Assembly: GCA_964645005.1 (NCBI GenBank)
Contig: CAZXYS010000010.1
Span: 10,709 to 74,708 of the forward strand
DNA: 64,000 nucleotides
Direction: 5' to 3'
Source: an uncultured Hyphomicrobiales bacterium
Lineage (GTDB): Bacteria > Bacteroidota > Ignavibacteria > Kapaibacteriales > UBA2268
Under the pieces are notes generated by a model that was not told where the DNA came from, did no database searches, and saw only the letters and a list, made by a program, of their open reading frames with translations. Position 1 is the first letter of the stretch. Every line of letters begins with the position of its first letter. Both the position numbers and the translations under genes were made by a program. Below are positions 1 to 8,967 of the stretch, piece by piece.

Positions 1-2768
1 GGCAGCAGGAAGATATAAAGGTGGTTGAATGGAATAACGATGGAACTTATTTGGCAACTGGTGACCTTTCCGGAATAATACTGGTTTGGTCTCCGGATGA
101 TATACCTTTCGGCAGCCCGGTATTTCAGCAGGATATTTCAGATATTTGGGAAATTTCAGAACCAAGATTTGCCAGCAAAGATATCGACTTCGGTGAAGTG
201 CCCGCAGGAACAGTTAAAGATACAATTCTGACAGATTTTCTGGACAACAAGGGAACTCAAAAACTGAGAATAGATGAAATAACTCTTCATGGAGGGGATG
301 TAGATTATTTTAATATCGAACATGATTCTTTTCCATTATTTATAAGACCTTCGGAATCGATACCAGTGCACTTTTATTTCAGATCGGAAAAACCAAGCGG
401 TGTGAAAAGCGCTAAAGTCAGAATTGTCACACAATCAGACACTGTGGAAAAATCATTAACCGCAGCTTCGACAGAGAAAAAGATTGAAATAATTACTGAA
501 ATCATCGACTTTGGCAAAGTGCCGATCAACAGCAGTGAGGATACAACAGAAGCCGTAATCAGGAATATGAGTTCGACAAGTTTAAATTTTTCGTTGAAAG
601 ATCTGGAACCTGCGGAGCAGGAAAACTATGAAATAATAGATGCAGCCTCTGATTTCACTCTGGAGCCGGACAGTTCGAAAAAACTGACGATCAGATTTTC
701 ACCTAAAAGTAAGGGGATAAAATCAGCAGCTCTTGAATTTGAAGTTCCGGAGATCAATGAGAATTCCATTGTCAGACTGTTCGGAGAAGGAATATTACAT
801 GGATTGATAATAGCTGATTTCGTGGAATTCCCGAAACAAATGTGTGAGCCAATGCGCAAAGATACTATGATATATTTTAAGAATCTAGGTTCGGAATTGA
901 TAAAAATAAGTTCCGCACAAATTATCGATGATAATACAAATGCTTTTAATATTGAAGAATACTCTGCGGGTGATACTTTAAAAATCGAACCTGATAAAAG
1001 TGATTCACTGAATATCAGTTTTCAGCCGACATTTCCCGGTGCAAAAGAAGCTAAACTGGTGGTCAAATCGGAAATATTGCAAAGCAGCTTTTCTTCAACC
1101 ATAAACCTTATCGGGAGGTACGAAAGATCAGGCTTTGAATTATCAACGGATACTGTTGATTTTGGTATGCTGCCGGAAAGTACGCCGGGCAGTAGTTCAT
1201 TTACTATTACAAATACAGGGAATACCGAACTGAAATGGGATTTGCCTGTTATTTTAGACAAGTTTACGATTGTATCATTGACACCTCAGATAATTCCCTC
1301 TCAGGGAAGCGCTTTAGCAAAAGTAAGTTTTGAGGGAGGACCGGAAGATTCCGAATTTATTGAAAACTATATTTTAAAAGATACTTGCGGCAATAGTAAT
1401 GAGATATATTTCAAAGCGGTCGTGATCGGTCTGCCTGAAATCTCAGCCGCCGATAACATTGAATTTCCGTTATTGCTTTGCGAAAATCCAAAAATTGATA
1501 CGGTAACCGTTGACATTAAAAATTCCGGTAAAAATATACTTAAGATTGACACAATATATTTCACAGGGAAGCATGATCATCATTTCAAAGTGCTCCAATC
1601 CTTCAGTCCTGATGCTATCAATGTCAATCCAGGCAGCAGCTTTGCGATAAATATTAAATATTCTCCCGCAAGTCATATTGGTAAAAGTGATGCCATGATG
1701 ATGATTAAATCCAACGCGAGGAATACAACCGACAGCATTCTCGAGGTTCCTATTTCCGGAAGATCAGAGAAATCTGAATTTATTCTCAGCTCCGACAAAC
1801 TTGATTTCGGCTTGTTAAAACATAGTACTGATGCTGCGGGTTCATTTACAATACTAAACACCGGCTCCTATCCGATTTCCTGGGATTTGCCGTCCCGACT
1901 CGGCAAATTCCAAATATTATCAGTAAAACCGCAAAGAACTTTACCGGATGAGCTTTCAACTGTGAAAGTCGACTTCAATTCTGATAAACCCGAAACACAA
2001 TATAGTGAAATTCTAACTATTGCCGATTCTTGTGGTAATACCCAAAATATTGAGTTAACAGCAGAAACTCGCCCTTTGCCGTCAGTTGCATTGAAAGCAG
2101 GTGATTTTTGCGGATTCCCCGGCGATACGGTGCAGATGCCAATCATTTTACAGAATGCTCAATCATTTGAATTTGCCTCGCACACGGGTTATTCGATAAA
2201 TATTAGTATGCGGGATGGAGTACTTGAACCGGTCAACGGAACTCCGCCATACATTCTGAGTAACGGAGAAATGCTCATTGAAGATATTACTGTGCCCAGA
2301 GAACCTGCAGCCGGTGATACCCTTGCATTTCTTGATTTCCTTGTACAAAGGGCTTATTACGATACAACAGTAATTCATATCGAAAATAGCAAAGCATTGG
2401 GTGACGAGATTAATATTACTTCCTCACCCGGAGAATTTGTACTTGCCTGCGGCGAATCAATACGCTATCTGATTGGCTATTGCGGTGATATTGTGAAACT
2501 GTACCAGAGTTTTCCGAATCCCGGTTTGGGAATTGTCACAATAGAGTATCAGGTTTTTGAAGAGACGAGCGTTGAGGTCGGATTGACCAACATAGAGGGC
2601 AAAAAATTAGCTGTTTTTGATGAGGGGCTTAAGAAAGAAGGAAATTACGAAGTCAGGTTCAATGCCCGTGAATTCGCTCACGGAGTATATATATACTACC
2701 TCTATACGCCTTCCTGTCCGCAGACCTTAACAGGAAAGATAATACTAAATGTTGATTTGTACAGATAA
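1..2768 (+). CDS. 5'-partial large secreted protein: WD40-like start, multiple choice-of-anchor D/ASH (Ig-like) repeats, cohesin-like domain, T9SS type A CTD
   Basis: Frame is open upstream of 21 (QQEDIKVVEWNNDGTYLATGD, WD40-like). Repeated 'IDFG..(N)TG..L' Ig-like units. C-terminal 'YQSFPNP...GVYIYYL...GKIIL' CTD. Confidence 0.75.
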   Translation, partial: QQEDIKVVEWNNDGTYLATGDLSGIILVWSPDDIPFGSPVFQQDISDIWEISEPRFASKDIDFGEVPAGTVKDTILTDFLDNKGTQKLRIDEITLHGGDVDYFNIEHDSFPLFIRPSESIPVHFYFRSEKPSGVKSAKVRIVTQSDTVEKSLTAASTEKKIEIITEIIDFGKVPINSSEDTTEAVIRNMSSTSLNFSLKDLEPAEQENYEIIDAASDFTLEPDSSKKLTIRFSPKSKGIKSAALEFEVPEINENSIVRLFGEGILHGLIIADFVEFPKQMCEPMRKDTMIYFKNLGSELIKISSAQIIDDNTNAFNIEEYSAGDTLKIEPDKSDSLNISFQPTFPGAKEAKLVVKSEILQSSFSSTINLIGRYERSGFELSTDTVDFGMLPESTPGSSSFTITNTGNTELKWDLPVILDKFTIVSLTPQIIPSQGSALAKVSFEGGPEDSEFIENYILKDTCGNSNEIYFKAVVIGLPEISAADNIEFPLLLCENPKIDTVTVDIKNSGKNILKIDTIYFTGKHDHHFKVLQSFSPDAINVNPGSSFAINIKYSPASHIGKSDAMMMIKSNARNTTDSILEVPISGRSEKSEFILSSDKLDFGLLKHSTDAAGSFTILNTGSYPISWDLPSRLGKFQILSVKPQRTLPDELSTVKVDFNSDKPETQYSEILTIADSCGNTQNIELTAETRPLPSVALKAGDFCGFPGDTVQMPIILQNAQSFEFASHTGYSINISMRDGVLEPVNGTPPYILSNGEMLIEDITVPREPAAGDTLAFLDFLVQRAYYDTTVIHIENSKALGDEINITSSPGEFVLACGESIRYLIGYCGDIVKLYQSFPNPGLGIVTIEYQVFEETSVEVGLTNIEGKKLAVFDEGLKKEGNYEVRFNAREFAHGVYIYYLYTPSCPQTLTGKIILNVDLYR

Positions 2769-2788
2769 TAAATATTAAAGTTTAATAA

Positions 2789-4120
2789 CTATTTCTCAAC
2801 TTTCTCAAAAACAAATCCCTGATCGCCCGCATCAATCTTTATCGTATCGCCGGCGGCAAACTCCGACGCCAGCAGCTTCAGTGAGAACGGATCGGCGATA
2901 TTCTTCCGGATAGCGCGCTTCAGCGGTCGAGCGCCGTACTGCACATCATAGCCGATTCTTGTCAATTCTTCCAGCGCATCCTCGGTTATCTCCATCGACA
3001 TATTGTTCTTCGCCAGTTTATTCCTTAGCCTGTTTAGCTGCAAGTCGGCGATTTGATATATCTCATTTTTCGTGAGCGGATTGAACAGGACTATCTCATC
3101 CACACGATTCAGGAATTCCGGTCGCATACTGCGTTTCAGCAAATCAATAATCTGCACTCTCAGCCCGGATACAATCTCATCCCTGTTATCATCAGTTACA
3201 TCCGACAATCTTTCTTGAATAATGTCCGAGCCAAGGTTCGACGTCATAATTATTATCGTATTCCTGAAGTCGACGGTGCGTCCTTTGCCGTCGGTGAGCC
3301 TGCCGTCGTCGAGCACCTGCAGCAGGACATTGAAAACATCGGTATGCGCTTTTTCGATCTCGTCGAGCAGCACCACCGAATACGGTCGCTGCCGGATAGT
3401 TTCGGTAAGCTGACCGCCTTCCTCGTAGCCAACGTATCCCGGCGGCGCTCCGATGAGCCTTGATACGGAATACTTCTCCATATACTCGCTCATATCGAGC
3501 CTCACCATTGCATTTTCATCGTCGAAGAGAAATTCCGCCAGCGAGCGAGCCATCTCCGTCTTGCCCACACCGGTACTGCCAAGGAATATAAACGAACCCA
3601 CCGGGCGGTTCTCATCCTGCAATCCGGAGCGCGAGCGGCGGATAGAATTCGCAACTGCCGCTGCGGCTTCATCCTGCCCAACGAGCCGCTGGTGGATACG
3701 CTCTTCCATTTTTAGCAGCTTCGTGCGTTCGGTTTCCAGCATTCTTGAAACGGGAATCCCAGTCCATTTGCCGACAATTTCGGCTATATCTTCGGCTTCG
3801 ACTTCTTCTTTAAGAAGTTTACTATCTTGCTGAACTTCGACGAGTTTTTCGTTAGCATTTTTAAGTTTTTGCTCTAAGTCGGGAATTTTTCCGTAGCGGA
3901 TCTCCGCGACGCTGCCGAGATTGCCCTGCCGTTCGAGTTCATCGGAGCGCAGCTTCTTATTTTCGATTTCCGCTTTATATTCGCGAATCTGTTGGATCAG
4001 TTGCTTTTCCCGATCCCATTTTTCTTTAAGATTCGCCTGCTTTTCTTTTAACTCATCGAGTTCTTTATCAATTTCATTCAATCGTTTTTCAGTCGATTCA
4101 TTTGTTGTTATCTCTGCCAT
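2789..4120 (-). CDS. clpB: ClpB C-terminal half (middle coiled-coil, NBD2, C-terminal domain); lacks N-domain and NBD1
   Basis: AEIRYGKIPDLE, WTGIPVSRM, Walker A GSTGVGKT, RLIGAPPGYVGYEEGG, LLDEIEKAH, GARPLKR. GGAGG RBS just upstream of ATG 4120. Confidence 0.85.
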   Translation of the reverse strand: MAEITTNESTEKRLNEIDKELDELKEKQANLKEKWDREKQLIQQIREYKAEIENKKLRSDELERQGNLGSVAEIRYGKIPDLEQKLKNANEKLVEVQQDSKLLKEEVEAEDIAEIVGKWTGIPVSRMLETERTKLLKMEERIHQRLVGQDEAAAAVANSIRRSRSGLQDENRPVGSFIFLGSTGVGKTEMARSLAEFLFDDENAMVRLDMSEYMEKYSVSRLIGAPPGYVGYEEGGQLTETIRQRPYSVVLLDEIEKAHTDVFNVLLQVLDDGRLTDGKGRTVDFRNTIIIMTSNLGSDIIQERLSDVTDDNRDEIVSGLRVQIIDLLKRSMRPEFLNRVDEIVLFNPLTKNEIYQIADLQLNRLRNKLAKNNMSMEITEDALEELTRIGYDVQYGARPLKRAIRKNIADPFSLKLLASEFAAGDTIKIDAGDQGFVFEKVEK

Positions 4121-4336
4121 AGTCACCTCCTGAAAATTAACCATTCATTAATATAATATAACGAATATTGGGCGATTTCATTAGCGTAACTAAAATTTCA
4201 TTATGAGGAAGATAGCTTATAATATATCCCTCGTTACTAAATTCCGATTTAGTAACGTATTTTTCTTGAAAAGTTTTACTTTTATCCATATCCGGTAGTA
4301 CAGTCAAAGTACAATTTTTGTGGAAGGCAGAAATGT

Positions 4337-4499
4337 TGAGGCTGCCCCAAAAGTAAGGAACTGTGGTCATAGTTCGACTCCGCTCGCTATGACACTCCTA
4401 TAAACACTTGTTTTTGTCATCCTGAGCTGAACTTGCGAAATCCCGCTTTAGCGGGGTGAAGTCGAAGGATAGACAAACACGACTTATGAGTCAGCCTCA
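4337..4499. repeat. MITE/REP-like element with imperfect terminal inverted repeats and internal hairpins
   Basis: TGAGGCTGCCCCAAAAGT (4337-4354) versus the reverse complement of 4482-4499 (15/18 match). Internal GTCATAG..CTATGAC, TGTCATCCTGAG..GAAGGA and CCCGCTTTAGCGGG. Confidence 0.6.
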
Positions 4500-4621
4500 G
4501 ATGGTCTGGTGCGGTTATTGCAGTGATTGGTTCGATTGACCGGACTTTGATTTGTAATCAAGATGATTTTTTTGCTGTGTAAATTATTGATATTATTGAA
4601 CTTATTTTTTTGAAAAAAAAC

Positions 4622-4652
4622 TTGCTTTTTTCAAAAATAAGTTTATATTAGT
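4622..4652 (+). promoter_or_regulatory. Putative FCB-type housekeeping promoter for the 4881 block
   Basis: TTG at 4622, then TATATTAG at 4645-4652 (variant of TAnnTTTG) at about the expected spacing. Confidence 0.4.
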
Positions 4653-4745
4653 AATTGTAAATAAATTAAGTGGAAAAAAAGTATGAAGGAATTAACTGAT
4701 AAGTAAAAATTAAGTAAAAGATCACACTGATTTTTACTATTGCAT

Positions 4746-4805
4746 AAAAAAGTCCCGTACCCGAAGATACGAGACTATACACTGATAGTCGTAAAATATT
4801 ACAAC
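4746..4805 (-). ncRNA. Putative ~60-nt antisense sRNA within the leader of ORF 4881
   Basis: Minus strand: TATTTTTG promoter motif (4816-4809), hairpin GTTGTAA/TTACGAC, then terminator GTCTCGTATC-TTCG-GGTACGGGAC-TTTTTT. Confidence 0.45.
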
Positions 4806-4880
4806 GTACAAAAATAGTAAATCTTCGGGTGTCGGGCAAATAAATAATTTATTTGTCTAATAATATTCAGGAGAAAAATT

Positions 4881-5498
4881 ATGGCACAGTTTCAGGGCGG
4901 ATGGCTCGACCTCGAAAGCGCAAAGCCACAGTCGATATCTGACAAGACAGCTTTTTGGGCGGTTGATGATGGTTCAAATGTTGACCAGGGCGTTGTTAAA
5001 CGTGTAACCAACTATAATTCACCTACAGGCGGCTCATGGGTTGCTACACCAATATCGATCAATGCTGAACCGGAAGTATATGCTGTCAATAATGCAACCT
5101 TTCTTAATGAATTGATGAAGGCGGATGCAATGAACCAGCATACGAAAATGGCAAATCTCGCCAGTGATCTGGCAATTCCTTTACAAAATCTTGTGTATCT
5201 TTACGGTAATCCCGATGGCATGTATAATTACCAGATTACTATGGATTTGGATTTTGGAGGTACAGGTATTAATCTTGTACAGTTCAGTGTGATGGAAAAT
5301 GCAGGTACAGGGGGTGATCAACATGGAAAAATTGAAGTGTTCGAAATAACACCAGGTACAAATTACTCTGGAGTAAACACTTTACAGTTGATATTCAGCG
5401 GGCATTTTGGACCGTTGAATATTGGCATCAGGACGGAGAACACCTCCAGCCAGTCGGCAATCTTTGAGTTACGTTCCATAATTATACCGGTAGTGTAG
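4881..5498 (+). CDS. Hypothetical protein (205 aa, beta-rich, no signal peptide)
   Basis: Long ORF with AGGAG RBS; no recognisable motif. Confidence 0.75.
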   Translation: MAQFQGGWLDLESAKPQSISDKTAFWAVDDGSNVDQGVVKRVTNYNSPTGGSWVATPISINAEPEVYAVNNATFLNELMKADAMNQHTKMANLASDLAIPLQNLVYLYGNPDGMYNYQITMDLDFGGTGINLVQFSVMENAGTGGDQHGKIEVFEITPGTNYSGVNTLQLIFSGHFGPLNIGIRTENTSSQSAIFELRSIIIPVV

Positions 5499-5509
5499 GG
5501 AGGTGTGAT

Positions 5510-7120
5510 ATGGATGCGACAAAATATACTATTAAAAAAGAGCAGACGGAGCTGACGGAAATAACTCCGATTGACATCGAACCTTCCGTACCGGAAATAG
5601 AACCACAACCTCAACCGAGACCTATTCCCCGCAGCTATCAACGCAGCGGGGAATTGACCGATGAAATTGACAGGATTTATGAGTTGAGGAGGGAAGAATT
5701 TAATTCTTCAATTGTTGATACATCACTTAAACAGGGAGAAAGAAATAAAGTTATTGGTCTGAATAATAATATTCAAGAACAATATCTAAATGAAGCTGTA
5801 AATCTTTATGATGTAGATAAATTAATTAATTTATCTCTCATTGAATTTATTAATTTTTTTGATAAAAACAACCTAAGGGTTTTTTATAAAAATGGATATA
5901 TAAATATTAAAAATTATATTGGTGATAAGGAAAGACATTCTCTCAATAAAAAACATCCAAGAACAGGAGAATCTTCAACATTCATATTTTCAGATTCTAA
6001 CTATAATTCAATTTATTCAATTACTTCTGTCATTTTAAAGAATGATATAATAAATATAAAAATTATTGATCACAAAGAAGATAAAGAACCTTTAAATCTT
6101 GAACTAAATAGCGACGAAGATATTAAAAATAATAATTTATTCAGTAATCAATATAACAGTTTTAATACGGATATTGATTTGAACTCATTAAATATAACAT
6201 TCATGTCACTTTGGGTGTCTATTAATAATATTTATAAATCCAAAAATGAACAAGAAGATAATTCAAATTCTAAAGAAAAAAGAGATGTTGTATTACAAGA
6301 AGAAAACGAATGTGAACCTGAAAAAACATCTAATGGTTGGACCAATTTCAAATTTCCTGTCTCTAAAGCATGCCTTCAACCTAAGAGAGTATATGTTCCT
6401 TGCGGTGGCACCCATTTTGTTAATATTTCAGAGTGCTGTAGAGAACTAGCTAAAGACAGGTGGTGTTCACAAAATGTTTTTGAGCTAATAAATGCAGATT
6501 TAAAATACTTCGGATGTGTTAAAAGTAAAATATACAATGCTATTACTTATGGTCATGGTTGGCTTTGTGATATAATAAATGTAGCTTGGTATACTGCTAC
6601 AGTTGCAGTGGAAATAGCTGTATATATCTTAACGTTAATTGAATTAGTTGAACTCTTCAAAGAAGGAAGAAAAGAAGATGGTGAAAATGTAGATATCGGA
6701 GATAACGAAGAAAAAGAATTTATTGAGGATCTAAGAAAATATTATAAAACCATTAGAACAATTAAAGATTTAGTATCTTTTTATGCAGGTTTTGAATTTG
6801 ATAGTAGAAATGAGGATAGTTGTCTTTGTGATGGGAACCAACCTACTTATTGCTGCAATCCCAAAGAAGATCCTAAATATTGTTACGAATATGATGACCA
6901 AGGAAATTTAATCTTGGATGAAGAAGGAAATCCAAAATTGAGAAATTTGTGTCCACCTAAAAAATCTGAATGCTACCCTTGCCATTGGGCATATAAAGAA
7001 AATATTAAAACAGGTAAACTAGAAAAACGTTGGATTACAGATCCAACAGGTGAACTCCCTTGTTGTGAGCCTCGTCATAAAAAAGAACTGGGAAGTAAAT
7101 TTAGGTCGAGATATGGATAA
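5510..7120 (+). CDS. Hypothetical protein with Pro/Glu-rich N-terminus and Cys-rich C-terminal half
   Basis: GGAGG RBS. 536-aa ORF in AT-rich DNA. 18 Cys, all in the C-terminal half. One hydrophobic helix. Confidence 0.75.
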   Translation: MDATKYTIKKEQTELTEITPIDIEPSVPEIEPQPQPRPIPRSYQRSGELTDEIDRIYELRREEFNSSIVDTSLKQGERNKVIGLNNNIQEQYLNEAVNLYDVDKLINLSLIEFINFFDKNNLRVFYKNGYINIKNYIGDKERHSLNKKHPRTGESSTFIFSDSNYNSIYSITSVILKNDIINIKIIDHKEDKEPLNLELNSDEDIKNNNLFSNQYNSFNTDIDLNSLNITFMSLWVSINNIYKSKNEQEDNSNSKEKRDVVLQEENECEPEKTSNGWTNFKFPVSKACLQPKRVYVPCGGTHFVNISECCRELAKDRWCSQNVFELINADLKYFGCVKSKIYNAITYGHGWLCDIINVAWYTATVAVEIAVYILTLIELVELFKEGRKEDGENVDIGDNEEKEFIEDLRKYYKTIRTIKDLVSFYAGFEFDSRNEDSCLCDGNQPTYCCNPKEDPKYCYEYDDQGNLILDEEGNPKLRNLCPPKKSECYPCHWAYKENIKTGKLEKRWITDPTGELPCCEPRHKKELGSKFRSRYG

Positions 7121-7345
7121 TAATATTCATAATAATTAATTATAGTTAATAATTTTATTTCTGAATTCAGTTATAAAATATCGGTATAATATTGTAAAAA
7201 AACTGTAAGCATATAAAAAATATTTAATTAAACAGCTCAAAATTTAATAAACTTGGGAAATAGATCATTTCAATATCTCTTCAAGATAGTTAATAATGAT
7301 ATTAATTGTTTCAAATGTATGTTTAACACATAAAAGAGTTGATAA

Positions 7346-8242
7346 ATGATTATTGCAATAAAAATATCAATAAAGTTTTTTTTGCTTTTAGCAGTCTTTA
7401 TTTTTTTTACAAGTTGCGGAAGCATGTTCGAGGGTAAACATGACTCGGTTTATCTCGATATTCCTGAAAATACAAGAATTTACGGAGAGGATAGTGTCGA
7501 AAAAGATATTAAGTTTGATAAAAAAGGATCTTATATCGAATTAGATAAAAAGCATGATCATAATATTCTTTTTATTCACGATAGTCTTGTTTCAAGAGTT
7601 GAGATGGAAAGTCATATATCGTGGGCCTGGGTAGCTTGTGACCTATTACATATTTTTAATTCGAGTGGGACATCTATTATTCATGATTATATCATGAATG
7701 GATGGGGTAGGTTTGAAGACATACATTTAAGTATGAATGAATTTGAAAAGCCGGCTTTCGATACTGATGAATTTATTGAAGTTACAAAAAATAAAACAAA
7801 GAAAGAGGTTATTCATAAGAACTATATATATGCCACATGGGCAGATTATGATTTTGTTAATGTAAGTATCAATTATGAAAGAAATTTATTTCAAGATTTA
7901 TTCTTAGATAATATTTACCTAAATACAAGCGTTGGTATTTATGGTATTCCGATTGGGGAAATTTCAGGTGTTCCAATCCGATTGTCTCTTTCTTATGGTA
8001 AAAGAGATCAAATTGAATTAGGCGGCGGGATATATCTTGACTATTATCCATCGAATCCAAAAAATTATCTCCAATATGATGAAATTAAACCTATGTTTTT
8101 AATTGGATATAAACATCAGGATCTAAATGGGGGAAATGTATTTCGAATGGGATTCATCCCTACGATAAGAACTAAAGACGAGGTATTTGAGTTTTTGGAT
8201 AATCTTATAGTTTTATATATCAGTTTTGGAGTGAACTTTTGA
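7346..8242 (+). CDS. Hypothetical lipoprotein with possible C-terminal beta-barrel
   Basis: Lipobox FTSC after a hydrophobic stretch; ends YISFGVNF (terminal Phe). Confidence 0.65.
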   Translation: MIIAIKISIKFFLLLAVFIFFTSCGSMFEGKHDSVYLDIPENTRIYGEDSVEKDIKFDKKGSYIELDKKHDHNILFIHDSLVSRVEMESHISWAWVACDLLHIFNSSGTSIIHDYIMNGWGRFEDIHLSMNEFEKPAFDTDEFIEVTKNKTKKEVIHKNYIYATWADYDFVNVSINYERNLFQDLFLDNIYLNTSVGIYGIPIGEISGVPIRLSLSYGKRDQIELGGGIYLDYYPSNPKNYLQYDEIKPMFLIGYKHQDLNGGNVFRMGFIPTIRTKDEVFEFLDNLIVLYISFGVNF

Positions 8243-8313
8243 TATCTATGAGTTAGTCGGCAAATAAATAATAAAAAATAAATGCTTTCTGTATATTAAA
8301 AGGAGGAGAGATC

Positions 8314-8955
8314 ATGAAACTATTAAAACTACTACCGTTTTTATTGGTCATAATGAGTTCGGCGGCGCTTGCTTCGACGTATAAGCTCGAAGTCATCAGC
8401 ACCGCGGATACGAACTATTATGAATTAGCCGAGATAAAGCAAATGTTCTTTACAGAGCTCGACGGGCAGTGTATGGTGACTGTGCACTTCATTGGAATCG
8501 ACACTGTTTATGGCAGGAAACTTGGTGAAGAAGATAATATTACGTTTACTGACAGCGATCAGGATTCGATCTACAACATGAATATTAATGTTTCCGGTGA
8601 AGAAGATGACAGCATATCGGTTGCATCGATTGAAAGTGTTAATTTTAGCAGGATTGACAATGTCAGTGAAAATGACCTTATCATTAAGCCGATGCAAAGC
8701 TACCCAAACCCATTCAATGATAAAACTACTATTGAATTTACATTAGAAAAACCGGATGAAATTGAAATTTTTATTGCCGATCAAAATGGTAGAATGATTA
8801 AATCTCTTGCAAACAGGATGTTCGGCGAAGGCAGCCATGAATTGGACTGGGACGGTACCGATGAAAGCGGTGCAATCGTTACATCCGGGACGTATTATTG
8901 CATTATCCGTTCCGGTGACACTGTCCTCATGAAAAAGATTATTGGGATAAAATAA
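8314..8955 (+). CDS. Small secreted protein with FlgD-Ig-like T9SS CTD
   Basis: AGGAGG RBS, signal peptide, 'SYPNPFN...WDGTDESGAIVTSGTYYCII...KKII'. Confidence 0.8.
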   Translation: MKLLKLLPFLLVIMSSAALASTYKLEVISTADTNYYELAEIKQMFFTELDGQCMVTVHFIGIDTVYGRKLGEEDNITFTDSDQDSIYNMNINVSGEEDDSISVASIESVNFSRIDNVSENDLIIKPMQSYPNPFNDKTTIEFTLEKPDEIEIFIADQNGRMIKSLANRMFGEGSHELDWDGTDESGAIVTSGTYYCIIRSGDTVLMKKIIGIK

Positions 8956-8967
8956 AGGGTGAAGAAA

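Noticed and set aside
4137..4370. 77-aa ORF as the missing clpB 5' part
   Set aside because: No ClpB similarity; it starts inside the repeat element.
8252..8258. GTTAG as an integron attC core
   Set aside because: No complementary inverse core or attC hairpin and no integrase.
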